Source: Chrysochromulina tobinii (lineage: Eukaryota). Taken from it: a DNA stretch of 44,701 bases. Below the pieces are notes generated by a model. It worked only from the letters and a program-made list of their open reading frames with translations, did not search any database and had not been told where the DNA came from. Positions within the stretch are counted from its first letter, which is position 1, and each line of letters starts with the position of its first letter. Both the position numbers and the translations under genes were made by a program. The stretch covers positions 1-44,701 of the forward strand of contig JWZX01003188.1 of assembly GCA_001275005.1 (NCBI GenBank), read 5' to 3'. Positions 1 through 11,139 of this stretch are shown in pieces.

Positions 1-216
1 GGTAAGGGTTAGGCAAGGGGTTCGGTAGCTGACTAACCATTGGGGGTTCTGCAGACCCCTCTGCAGAAGGGTGGTCAGTTTGCTGTGGGGTTACTTGGCT
101 TGCCCAGCAGTGACCGGTCACCGCTTTCGCCTGTCAAGCCGCAACAGCCGCCACTTCGGGCGCCTGCGGCTCTAGTGGCCTTCGCGCGACAGGAGAACGT
201 CAAGGAGAACCTCGCG

Positions 217-2037
217 ATGTCGGCGGCAGGGGCATGCGCAGCAGCTCTAAAAGACGAGTACCCGTCGGACGAGGAACATGAAGACAGCGACATTGAGATG
301 GACGCCTACGTTCCGCGCCAACAGCTCATTCGTCTCTCTAAGAAGACAGAGGCCCCGCAGCGCGAGGCTGGTAAGTCCGAGAAGGCTGCCAGCGACGTTG
401 ACGACAGTGGCAGTGACGCCGAGGTAGATGACGACTTTATGACGACTCGGAGCAGTACGAGGACAACTCCGAGGAAGAGGAGGCGTCCGAGGAGGACGAG
501 GCACCAAAGCGCAAGGCACTCGCCATGTCCAAGGCGCCGGCGCACAAGCCTGCTCCAGCCGAGCCAGCTGCTGCTCACAAGACGCTGCACAAGCGCCTAT
601 CAGAGCTCTGCGTTGATGAGATCATCTCGTATCGCGAGGCCAAGAAGCTCTCGCTCGACGAGCAGAAGGTATCAGCGCTCTACATGCCATGTGGAAAGTG
701 CAGCACAGGCAAGTCATCCAAACGCCAGAGCTTAAGCTACATCCGTGTGGCGGATGCAGTGCACAGCATTGCAGACGGCAAGGCAGAGCGGCTCTATTGT
801 ATGTGCATCGAGCAAAATAGAAGAAGCCCTCCGCTCAGATCCTGTTCAAGCCAAAGAGTGAGTGCGCCAACATCAGCAGCTGCGCAAGGCCGGATGTGGG
901 CGCGTCCATGCTCAGCGCGGCGGCAGCCATTGGGGTGCGCGACTCAGGCGATGCGTGGCGCCTCACTGGTGAGAACAGCCAGGAGATGTTCAAGCGCTGG
1001 CAGGGCATCCGCCAGGACTACGCGCCATTCGCACGGAACCTGCTGCTGCCACCCGTGCCCGCTGCGTACGCAGGGGTGCGCGAGCTTTCCGTGCAGGGCC
1101 TCATTGAGCTTGTGACCCAGCCCGAGACGAAGCTCTGGCGTGCCCTCTCGCTTGCGGAAGCATCAACCATGCGTGCGGCCGAAGCAGCCCGGGCACCCGG
1201 ATGGCAAACCTTTTCGCACGCCCGCTCGTCAACAAGGAGCGCACAGCCGCGGAATGGGCAGCGGTGCTCGTGCGCCACGTCGAACACGGCAGCTACGAGC
1301 TCACGGACTGTGTGTCCTGGACTGCTGGCTCAAGCACCACTGCGGTGAGCCTTGCAGACACAGCTGTGGTGGGTGGCACCCCATCCGGCCGGGTGCTGGT
1401 TTGCATGGCTGCTGAGGCTGTGCGTGACCACGGCGTGCTGGTGCGCATCGGCGGCTCGAAACTTATCGAGCGCGATGCAACCGAGCGCTCAGCCGCATAC
1501 GCCAACTCCCTCGGGGAGGTGCTCTTGCTCACTGAGCAGGGCATGGACAACGAGCGGCTCGAAGTCGTGTACGAGATGGGCGAGGTCGTGGGCTGCATGG
1601 GCGAGGCGAGCGGCGAGACCGAGTGGGACGGCATCATCGACAAGACCACGGTGGTGTGCTCTACAGGCTATGGCGCTCGTCCTTCGGCACCTCAGCTTGA
1701 GGCGCTGGCAGCGCTTGGTGGCCGCCTAAGCAATCGTGACACAGCACAGATGACAGTGCTCATCGTGGCACCATTCAATGTCAAGGGCCACCTCAAGTAC
1801 GTGCGCGCTCAGGAGCGAGGACTCCCAGTCGTCACTTTACCACGCTTTGCGGAGGCGCTCACGGCGGCGATGGCGGCGATGGCCGCCTCGGCCCGCGCAG
1901 CCACGCCGGTGCCGCCGCGTGGCATGGGCTCCCCCCCACGCTCTCCGACCCCGGTGGGAGGCAAGGCGCGTGTACTTCCGCCGGCAAAGAAGCACAAGAA
2001 GTCGATCCCCGTGAGCGACGAGGACAGCGACGACTGA
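217..2037 (+). pseudogene. Frameshifted gene for an acidic/Cys-containing protein with a C-terminal BRCT domain
   Basis: Coding-like segments join across frame breaks near 437, 815 (TAG at 818-820 in the following frame) and 1205: ...DAEVDDDF / DDSEQYEDNSEEEEASEEDEAPKRK...CGKC...YCMC / KKPSAQILFKPK... / ANLFARPLV.... The last segment has a BRCT-like pattern (VVCSTGY...LAALGGRL...TVLIV...KYVRAQERGLPVVT, ~1633-1848). Confidence 0.55.
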
Positions 2038-2990
2038 GCCCAGCAGGCAGAGGTGTCGGCACAGCTCGCACGCGCACACTCACACACGCACACGCGCGTT
2101 GGTCTCGTACTGTACGAGTTCAAAGTAGTGCTGTGTGTACAAGTTCTAATGTAGTGAGAACTCGCCTGACCAAAAATAAGAAAAACTCGTAAACCAAAAC
2201 ATTAGCATGCGCCAACGGTGGGGGTACATGTAATTGTCCCTCGCGGCAGTTCGGAGATCGGCACGAGCTCGAGGTGTGAATATATTGTACACCTCGTTAT
2301 AACAGAGTGAGTATAGTGTGACAGACGAGAGGGAGAGAGAGAGTCGCGAATGTGCACACTGTCACGAGTCAGGGTAAATGTTTTGCTTTTGAGACCGGAC
2401 CATACCTAGCACACGCAATACGCCCAAGCGTGACTGCGCCCCTGGCGGGTTCTGGCGGGCCCTGCGCCCCTCGACGAGACGGAACGTTTTGGAAGATTGG
2501 AACCGTTAATACGGCTACCGACCAGGCGACCTATACCCCGCCCGGACGTGTAGACGTCTGTACGCACAAGAAAACAAGAAGTCGCTAAGCATGTAATTCA
2601 GCTTTCAAGGGGTGCTGGCGACGAGACGCGAGAGCAGGGCGCGAGAGGGCGGGGCGACCGTCTCGCCGCGTCGAGGAGTTCTCTAATAGGAATCACCTCC
2701 AGTATACAGCGGGGTGTGCAGTACAGTACAAATATTGTAGTGAGTAGACCTGTCGAACTGTCGAGAAACACCTCCACGCTCCTCCTGTCTACAATTGTAC
2801 ACAAGTGACAAGAGAAGTAGAGATGGGGCATTGCCCGAGCGCCAAACAGCGTGCAATGGGAAGGAGATTTCTAGGTTTTTACTCCACGGATTTCGCGGGA
2901 CTCGCGACGGCGTCGGGCGGGGGGGGGGGCGCGAGAGTTGGTGGCGGTGTTCTGCTTTTTGCGTGTGCTCGTCACGTCGGGCACCACATC

Positions 2991-3615
2991 ATGCTGCCGC
3001 TGTCGCTACTGCGCACGGCTGCTGGCCATCCGATGGTACGCTCACGCCGCCCGTGGCCTTACCGCAACCTCCTCACAAAGCCTCACATGGTCCAAAAGCT
3101 TACGGACTGTCGAATGCTTGCGCCTGTGCAGCTCGTTGAGCTCAAGAACGGCGAGACGTACAACGGTGAGCTAGTTGCGTGCGATAATTGGATGAACATC
3201 AGGTGCGTGCGCGCGCACGTGCTACGCCTGCTGTGCAGACGACCTTGGCCCCTGCTGTGAGTCCGATTGCCTTTCTGTGCACAGCTTGCGCGGCGTGATC
3301 TGCACATCGCGCGACGGCGACCGCTTCTGGAAGCTGGCTGAGGTGACCATCCGAGGCAACAACATCAAGTACTTGAGAATCCCCGAGGAGGTGATTGACA
3401 TGGTGCCAGTGGAGGAGGAGACGTCCGGCAGCAAAGGCAAAGGCGGTGGCTACGGCGGTGGGCGTGGGGCTGGCGAGGGGCGCGGCAAGGGCGGCGGCAA
3501 GGGCGGCGGCAAGGGCGACGGTGGCAAGGGTGGCAGGGGAAAGGGCGGAGGTCGTGATGGTGGGAAGGGAGCGGGCCGTGCCGCAGGCCGTGGCGGCCGG
3601 GGCGGCGGGTACTGA
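2991..3615 (+). CDS. LSM4: U6 snRNA-associated Sm-like protein LSm4; exons 2991-3035, 3132-3202, 3285-3615
   Basis: Spliced product is [54 protein letters not shown]...[12 protein letters not shown] plus a Gly/Arg-rich tail. GT-AG introns at 3036-3131 and 3203-3284 give the correct frame. Confidence 0.95.
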
Positions 3616-3787
3616 AACCCTTGGCATGGACCCTAGGACCCTTGGGAGAGGTTGCACTCTCACTTCCTCGCGGAACAACTCGCCGGCCTGCACATATTTA
3701 TCTGAGTAAATGCATGTGTTGAGGTAACTTCTGTCTCTTGTGTCGTCTTCTACAAGTACGTCTTCACGGCATTTTTTCGAATTTTCA

Positions 3788-5047
3788 ATGTCGTCACGAA
3801 TCGCCGTCGTCGGCGGCGGCATATGTGGCTCCCTCGCCGCGTTGACGCTGCGCAGCCGCGGCCTCTCACCTGTGGTCATTGACTTGGGGCGCAAGCAGGT
3901 TGGCGGCAGGCTCGCAGGTGGCTTCCATGCAGACTCGGGAGCTCAGTTCCTGCGTTCCTCTGACCCTGGAAGCCAGTGGGCAAGCGTACTTCAGCAGCTC
4001 TCAAGCGTGGGTCTCGTCGCGCCGTGGCAGGGACGGTTCGGCATGATGGGCTCGCGCGGCGGTTTCTTGCCGCGTGAAGCTCTGGGAAGCACCAAGGGCT
4101 CGTTTGGGGCCATGTTGAAGAGCGAGGGCGACGACGAAGCTTCGGTGCGGGCCAACATCGACTTTTGTGGCTTCTTGGCGGAATCCGAGCACGCGATGTA
4201 CGTCGGCGTGCCGTCAAATGCGAGCGTATGCACCGGCATGTGCGTCGGCATCGACGTTATCCACGACGTCAAGGTGACGGGCATGCGACGATCAGCCAGC
4301 GGTGCATGGGCGCTCACTGTCAGCGGTGGTGGCGCCTCCGCCGTTGAGTCGGAAGACTTCGCCGCCGTCGTCATCGCATCGCACGATGCCTCGCTAGCGG
4401 CATCGGCAGTGCAAGTTGCAGCCTCGGACGCCGATGTGCAGGTCGCTGGACGGTTGGAGGAACTCGCCCGGCGCTTCCAGCAGCAGCGCCAGGAGCGCAC
4501 CGAACCGTGCTTCACATGGTCTGGCTTCTTCCCGGTCGGCTTCAGCGCGTGCGTGCCACTCGACGCGGCGGTGGCGCCGAGTTCGCACGTCATCTCATTC
4601 GTCGCTCGCGACGCGTCCAAACCGGGACGGCCTGTCACGCGCGCGTGCGACGGCGGCGAGGGCGAGCTCTGGACAGCAGTTTCAACGGCCAGCTTTGCGC
4701 AGAGCATCCTCGCAAGAGCTCCTTCGACGGATCCAGGCGATAGCGGCCGGGGGAGCGAGGCCGCGACGGTGGCCGCGCAGGCCATGTCGCAGGAACTTGC
4801 ACGCCTCTTCGCGCCGTACTTTGGAGACGAGCTTGGGCGCGTGCCTCAACCATTGGCGGCTGCCGCCAAGCGCTGGGGCGCCGGCTTTGCCAAGGGCACT
4901 TGTGAGCTCAAGGAGAGCGCCGTGACGCTCGAGCCGTGGCGGCTTGCTGTCGCTGGCGACTACCTGCAAGTCCATGCTAGCCCGATCGAAGCCGCAGCAG
5001 TGAGCGGTCTCGACGCGGGTGAGAGGGTGGCAAGTTGGATGTCATGA
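3788..5047 (+). CDS. Renalase-like NAD/FAD-dependent oxidoreductase
   Basis: N-terminal dinucleotide-binding motif IAVVGGGICG, then GGRL, DSGAQF, KRWG and C-terminal AGDY...IEAAAVSG. Confidence 0.85.
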   Translation: MSSRIAVVGGGICGSLAALTLRSRGLSPVVIDLGRKQVGGRLAGGFHADSGAQFLRSSDPGSQWASVLQQLSSVGLVAPWQGRFGMMGSRGGFLPREALGSTKGSFGAMLKSEGDDEASVRANIDFCGFLAESEHAMYVGVPSNASVCTGMCVGIDVIHDVKVTGMRRSASGAWALTVSGGGASAVESEDFAAVVIASHDASLAASAVQVAASDADVQVAGRLEELARRFQQQRQERTEPCFTWSGFFPVGFSACVPLDAAVAPSSHVISFVARDASKPGRPVTRACDGGEGELWTAVSTASFAQSILARAPSTDPGDSGRGSEAATVAAQAMSQELARLFAPYFGDELGRVPQPLAAAAKRWGAGFAKGTCELKESAVTLEPWRLAVAGDYLQVHASPIEAAAVSGLDAGERVASWMS

Positions 5048-5750
5048 GCGTTCCGCCACAGTGCTCGCCCGCTCCCGGCGGCGATATGCGATTGCTGCAG
5101 CGAGTCGAGTTGCAACTTGCTTAACCGAACGACTTGACGGTGGTGCGAAGGCAGGCGAGGCAGTCAGCTCATGCGTTTGAGCGTTTGGCGCGCTGTCGGG
5201 GTCCCTCGCTGTTTACCCTGTTTTCTAGTTTTCAGGACCCGTTACCGACTGGTAAGTGGTAACGTTCGGGAGGTCGACGGGGATCCCGGTGCCGGGCGCG
5301 CGCGTCCTCGGGTGCGCGTAGGCGGTCTGCGCGTCGGGGGGGCGCGGCGTTAATTTTGCACCACGGTGCGAGGATGCAACAGTGCTCAACGTTTCATTCG
5401 CGCTAAGGGTCTAACGAAACGTAACGCACTCGCAGATAGATATGATACAGCAGATCTACAATGCGCGTAATGCTGAGAGTATGCTGAGAGAGGGATCTTG
5501 GCCGCTCCTGCGGCCACTTGTGTGTCACATCTCCGCATTGGCCTGTCGACATCCGCGCACACGCGCACATACAGTGCAGCCTCAGCCTTTCGCCCCGCGA
5601 CATTCCTCCACGCGACGCGGCGATCCCACCCACGCCAGGCGCCCAGCCTGCGTGAGGCCACGGCGGGCGCCCTATCGAGTACTCTATCGGACCTGGCTTC
5701 GTCTACGGGGCGCCGCGCGTACCTGGGCATATCGATGGGCCTGGCTTCGT

Positions 5751-7256
5751 CTACGGGGCTCCGCGCGGCGAGGCTGGCTTCTCTGGCCTCTCATTCAGGT
5801 CGCCGGTGACGACATTGAGGGAGAGCGTCTTTGGGCCGCGAATGATCTTGGCGACGAGAGACTGGCCCACCTTGCAGTTGTCGACGATCGACTGCGCATC
5901 CGCCGCTGACTTGACCGCCTTGCCGTCGAGCTCCTGGATAAGGTCGAACTTCTTGAAGCCGGCCTTGGCTGCAGGAGTCTCCGGCGCGACAGCGAGCACC
6001 AGCGCCCCGGAGATCTCTGGCAGCTCTACGTTCGAATTGGGGTCGGCGTTATTCTGCCTTGCCGAGTCGGGCGTGAGCGTCGACATCGATATGCCCAGGT
6101 ACGCGTGCGCGATCTTGCGCCCCTGTGAGAGCTCGCGCATGGCCTTCTCAGCAGTGTCGATGGGGATGGCGAAGCCGATGCCGGCTGCATTGGCGCGAAT
6201 GGCCGTGTTGATGCCGATCACCTCTCCGAACTCGTTGAGGAGAGGACCGCCTGAGTTGCCTGGGTTGATGGCCGCGTCCGTCTGGATGAAGTTCACCTTC
6301 TTGTTCGGGATGCCCACCTCCGCCGCCGAGCGCTGCAGCGAGGAGACGATGCCAAGAGTCACAGTCGAGTCGAGTCCGACAGCGTTTCCGATTGCGATGA
6401 CCCAGTCACCCACCTGCAGGTCGTCCGAGCGCCCGAGCGGCGCCGTGGGTAGCTTGCGCCCCGTCGGCTTGATCTTGACGGCCGCGAGGTCCATGTAGTC
6501 ATCTTGCCCCTTGACCTGGCCCTCGAAGACTCGCCCGTCAGTCAGGGTGACTGTCACCTTCGCCGCATTCTTGACTACATGTGCATTGGTGAGGATGAAG
6601 CCCTCCTCGTTCACGATCACGCCGCTGCCCTGGCCCGATTCGCGCCGCTGGCCGTCGGGTTCGAGCCCGGGAAAGAGGTAACCCTCAAGCGGCTGCCGGT
6701 CGACGAGCCGCTCCGTGTCAATGCGCACAACCGCCGGACCGACCGAAGCGACTGCAGCCGTGACGAAGGACGTCTTCTGCCGCCGTGGCGGCAAAGCTGG
6801 GGCTCCTAGGCTCGTCATGCTGTCGGGCAAACGCACTACCGCGGGCAGCCCCACTTCGGTCGCGACGGGCGGCGCAGCAGCCAAGGCTGACCCTGTGGGA
6901 ATCGGCACGGAGATGAGGAGCACGAGCAGCAGCGTGCCCGCCATCCGCATGACGCGCATGACCGAGCGAGTCAGCGAGCGAAGGATCGCGCGCGGCAGCC
7001 GAGGCAGCGTTGTACTCATTGGCAGCAGCGTTCCAGCTTCCACGGCACAGCGTGCCAACGACGAACGCGGCCGTCGGACTAGCGGCGAGCGTGTGAGAGA
7101 GTGCATCGTGGCGAAGTCGCTAGCCGACGATGCCAACTGAACGGCTGACGGTCGCAGTGCGGATGCCTGCCCAAGTGAGGACAGCAATGGCGTATGGACA
7201 ACATGGACGACACCGCGCATCGCTGCCGGGCGCGACGCCGCAGCAAGATACTGCAA
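5751..7256 (-). CDS. HtrA/DegP-family serine protease with PDZ domain (HhoA/HhoB-like), probably plastid-targeted
   Basis: Catalytic triad motifs LTNAHVV, DLAAVKI and IQTDAAINPGNSGGPL, a C-terminal PDZ domain, and a long presequence with a hydrophobic stretch ending ALA. The start codon is uncertain. Confidence 0.92.
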   Translation of the reverse strand: MQYLAAASRPAAMRGVVHVVHTPLLSSLGQASALRPSAVQLASSASDFATMHSLTRSPLVRRPRSSLARCAVEAGTLLPMSTTLPRLPRAILRSLTRSVMRVMRMAGTLLLVLLISVPIPTGSALAAAPPVATEVGLPAVVRLPDSMTSLGAPALPPRRQKTSFVTAAVASVGPAVVRIDTERLVDRQPLEGYLFPGLEPDGQRRESGQGSGVIVNEEGFILTNAHVVKNAAKVTVTLTDGRVFEGQVKGQDDYMDLAAVKIKPTGRKLPTAPLGRSDDLQVGDWVIAIGNAVGLDSTVTLGIVSSLQRSAAEVGIPNKKVNFIQTDAAINPGNSGGPLLNEFGEVIGINTAIRANAAGIGFAIPIDTAEKAMRELSQGRKIAHAYLGISMSTLTPDSARQNNADPNSNVELPEISGALVLAVAPETPAAKAGFKKFDLIQELDGKAVKSAADAQSIVDNCKVGQSLVAKIIRGPKTLSLNVVTGDLNERPEKPASPRGAP

Positions 7257-7447
7257 GCACGTGAGTCAGCAGCTAAGATCTCCACTTTTCGTCAAAATGG
7301 CGTACGATTTACTGCAGAGCGTTCAAACATGAAGAAACACGACCCGAACCGTCAGTCCGTCTCCAAAAGGCCTTTAGGAATCCTATGTTTCCGCGGAGAG
7401 GCGCGCTTGGGTTTTCCCTCTTTCGAAGTTGAGTTCGATCGACGATC

Positions 7448-10400
7448 ATGGACGCCCTTACGTCCGACGACGCCCACGTCGCCGTATCCTTTGTCGTAGA
7501 GCGGCGGCGGCGCAAGATTCGCCGGCATGAGCCTATTCGGACGCGAGCGGCGGCGGCGGCTACGCCTGTCGAGCAGGCTATGCCTGTCGAACAGGCTACG
7601 CCTTTCAAACAGGCTACCCGGTCGGCGGCGGCGGCTACGCCTGTCGAACTGGCTACGCCTATTCGCACGCGGGCACGTGCCAAAAAGGAAGCGAACGACA
7701 GCGAGAACACGGAACCATCTAATAGGGAGGCAGACGCCCCTACGCCTGCAGCGCCACCAGCCTGCGCTGGCGATATCCATGCTGAGCAAGCTGCGGCGCA
7801 GACGGCATTGGAGCAGACGGCGGCGGAGCAGAGTGCAGAGCAGAGTGCCGAGGAAGCGCTGCAATCCTATCTTCGGGAGATTGACGCTGCAGAGCAGGCA
7901 ATGTTGCAGGCTTCGGACGACACGGCCAGCCTTCTGCCTCAGCCAGCGCCTCGGTACAAGCAGAAGCGACGGCCCTCGCAAGGGCACTCACGAGTTGGCC
8001 GAAACCATCTCGCCGTACCTGAGCCAGACTCGGTGGCTGAGCGTGACCTTGGTGAGTCTATCGAAGGACCTCCTGAGGTGCCGCCGCCGCCACCAAAAGA
8101 GGCACAACCGCCGCCAAGACACAACCGTCGCCGAGACACAACCACCGCCAAAATCATGTCGAGGCTGGCCGACCAGGCGCGCCTTGATCTGCAGAACCGG
8201 AAGAAAGCCGCAAGGGCGGAGGCGGCATCTACCGCCGCTACAGCATCCGCGTTCAGCAACGGTGAAGAGGCCAAAGAGTTTCGGCTGCCACCGTCCAAGT
8301 CAAGCCCTGCTCTCACGCCCAAGTCTCCACTGCCACCGCAAGGGGCTCCTCCAACGCCGCATCTTATCATCGGCAGCGAACCCTCTCCCACGATAACCGC
8401 ACGACCGCCAACGACTGATGAACCATCACGGTCCTTGCTAAAGGCTCCGCTGTCATCGTCGTATCAGCCCGAGCCGCCGCCGCCGTCTGAGCGCCCAGCG
8501 CCCATAGCGCCATCGCTGCCATTGCCACCGCGACCACCAGCGCCCATAGCGCCATCGCTACCAATGCCACAGCGACCCCCAGTGCAGCCGCGGCCGCCCC
8601 TCGTGCATGCCGTCCAAGGGTCGGCCTCCTCCAACGCCTCCTCCCTCATCGAGCCCGATGCGAGCTCGCGCCTTCTCACTCCGCGCGGCGGACCGGCGGC
8701 CATCTTTGCCGCATTCCTCGTCGCGGCCGATGCGTCCACCATCCTCGAGAGCTTCAAGCAGCTTCTTGAGGCTACGCGCACGCCCCCCAATTCGGGCTGC
8801 CAGATGCTCTCGAGATTGCGCGAGGCGCTCCTCGACCAGCTCCAGTTTCGTCAGCGCAAACTACTGCACACGTTGCATGCGCGCGCCACGCAGGGAGAGT
8901 ACGCCACGGCGGCGGGGGCGGTGGCGGCGGGCAGTGCGCCGCTCAAGGCGATGGTGCTTGGCGGTGGACCCATCGGACTGCGCTGCGCGATCGAGCTCGC
9001 GATGCTCGGCCATTCGGTGCTCGCGCTCGAGCAGCGCACCGAGTTCGGGCGGCTCAACATCCTGCACCTGTGGGATTGGGTTGCCAACGATCTCGCGGAG
9101 CTCGGCATTAAGGACCTTGACCCCAGCATCTTCGCCTCCGGAGATTATCTGCACTGCGGCACGTCGCAGCTGCAGCACTCGCTCCTCAAGATTGCGCTCC
9201 TCGTCGGTGTGCAGGTGCGCCTCGGCGCCAACGTGCGCACGCTCGCTGACCTGCGTGCCGTCGAGCCGCATCAAGCACGCACCACTTCGCGCCGCTCGCT
9301 CGAGTGGCCCGCGGACGTGCGCCTTTCGCTCGACAATGCGCCAGGCGTGCCGCCGCTGCTGCCATTCGGCGCCTCGTCGGACGCCGTCGAGGGCCTCGCG
9401 GATGGGGTGAGGGGCATGCATCTCTCCGTAGATGGCCGGCCGTTGCCCACGCTCCAGGTGCAGCAGCGGCGGCGGAGCGAAGACGCCGTGTTCAACGCGG
9501 ACGTGCTCGTGGACGCGACTGGCGCGCGCTGCGAGCTCTTCCGAACCATCGGCTTCGAGCAGGTGACTGCGCTTAAGTCGGCGCGGGCGCTCGGGGTCGT
9601 GGTCCACTTTCACAATCGCAAGACGCCCACCGAGAATGCTCTTGAGGAGAAAAATTGGGCGCAGCAGTACCACAAGGCGCGCTTCGAGCAGCTCAAAGAG
9701 AGGGGTGTGCAGCTTCAGAACCTCGTCTATTACCGGAGCACGGGCGCCTTTTCAGAGGTAGCAAGCCATTACTTCGTGATGACGGCCGAGAGCGGCTCGC
9801 TGCGCGCGATGGGCGCGCTGCGCTCGACGGATGTGCCCGAGTGGCAGCTGTGCCAGAGCGCCAATGTGGACCGCGCGCAGCTCGAGGCGTTCGTGCGCAT
9901 CGCGGTGAGCGAGTTCGTGCCCGCTCTCGCCGACGCTGAGCTCGTGGCCAAACAGGGCGTCCAGATCTTTGACTTCAGCGAGCGCAAAGTGTCGAACAAG
10001 GCGTCCGTGCTCATCGACGCGACGCGCCTCCACGGTGCGCCAGGCGCGCAGGTGCTCGTGACGCGTGTGGGCGACGCGCTGCAGGAACCGTTTTGGTGAG
10101 TGCAACTGATGACCACTGATGACCATTGATGACTTTTGATGACTTCTGATGACCACTGATGACCATTGATGACTTCTGATGACTTCTGATGACTTCTGAT
10201 GACTTCTGATGACCACGGACGACATTCGGCAGGCCTGAAGGCCTCGGCATCAACCGCGGCTTCCTACACGTGCTCGACTGCGCCGACATGGTGCAGGGGT
10301 ACGCCGCAGTCCTCCGCCGGTACGGCCGATGCGCCGAGCACGGCGGCGCAGACGCCGCTTCTCGCGCCGCTGCAGCCGCATCGATGCTGCAACGGCGCGA

Positions 10401-10692
10401 GGAGCTCTTTGCTCTGACGAAGCGAGTCAGCGGCACCAATCGTCTGACGGAGCTCAAGCCCACGCGAGACTCGTGCCAGAAGGCGATGACCTACACCATC
10501 GACCCGGCGTCTCGCTACGTGCAGCTGCCCGCGCTCGCTGCCAGCGCGCTTCGCCGCCGACGAGCACCTCGAGCGCTAATGGCCTCGAGCGCTGATGGCA
10601 AAAGGCTGATGTATGGGGGATATTCATTGAGTTGTCGAGGCTTGAGCTTCGTCTCCCATGGGCGTCTTGCTCTTGGTGAGTGGTACCACTGA
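7448..10692 (+). CDS. MICAL-type flavoprotein monooxygenase with Pro-rich N-terminus; exons 7448-10095 and 10233-10692
   Basis: VLGGGPIGLRCAIEL, R.NILHLW, LQHSLLKIALLVGV, L.NLVYY, HYFVMT, FDFS. Splicing intron 10096-10232 restores VGDALQEPFW|PEGLGINRGFL, matching the MICAL monooxygenase GD-EPFWP motif. Confidence 0.85.
10106..10216 (+). repeat. Intronic 10-bp tandem repeat (TGATGACYWY), about 11 copies
   Basis: Directly visible: ctgat gaccactgat gaccattgat gacttttgat gacttctgat..., with an exact 10-nt period. Confidence 0.95.
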
Positions 10693-11139
10693 GCTCAGTG
10701 TTTGCATGCGCATGAGTTTGTCGACGATAATTGTTGGCTCCCGCGAGCACTTGGGGCGGTGCCGGTGCGACGGCGCGGGCGAGCGGCAGAGCGCAGAGGA
10801 TCCCGGGAGAGATACAGAGATTCCCCCTGGCGTGGTGCCTGGACGTGTGGGTCGCCTACGGAATAGAGAGGCCTCGGGATGCTCGATCCACGCGATTGGC
10901 CGATCGCACGCCGGGGTCCGCGCTCCCCCGCCGGGCTCCGCGCGCCGACCGCCGATGGCGGTGCCGCGCGACACGAACCTCGAACGTTGCCCGTGAACTT
11001 CGGTTGCGGTCCGGTCGCGGTCCGCGGTCAGGACCTCGGGTTCGCATCTGCCATCTCACATAATTTTTTGCCGTCGCAACCGCGGAACGTAATATAAGGG
11101 CATTCTTAAACGTTGGTACGCGGGGTTTGGTACCGGCTA

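Noticed and set aside
1..30. GGGTTAGG as a telomeric repeat
   Set aside because: A single imperfect unit, not a tandem array.
10097..10099. TGA ending the MICAL ORF as a stop or Sec codon
   Set aside because: It lies within the GTGAGT splice donor, and splicing restores the conserved FWPEG motif.
11020..11055. GGTCAGGAC...GGGTTCG as a tRNA
   Set aside because: Spacing is far too short and no cloverleaf can be formed.
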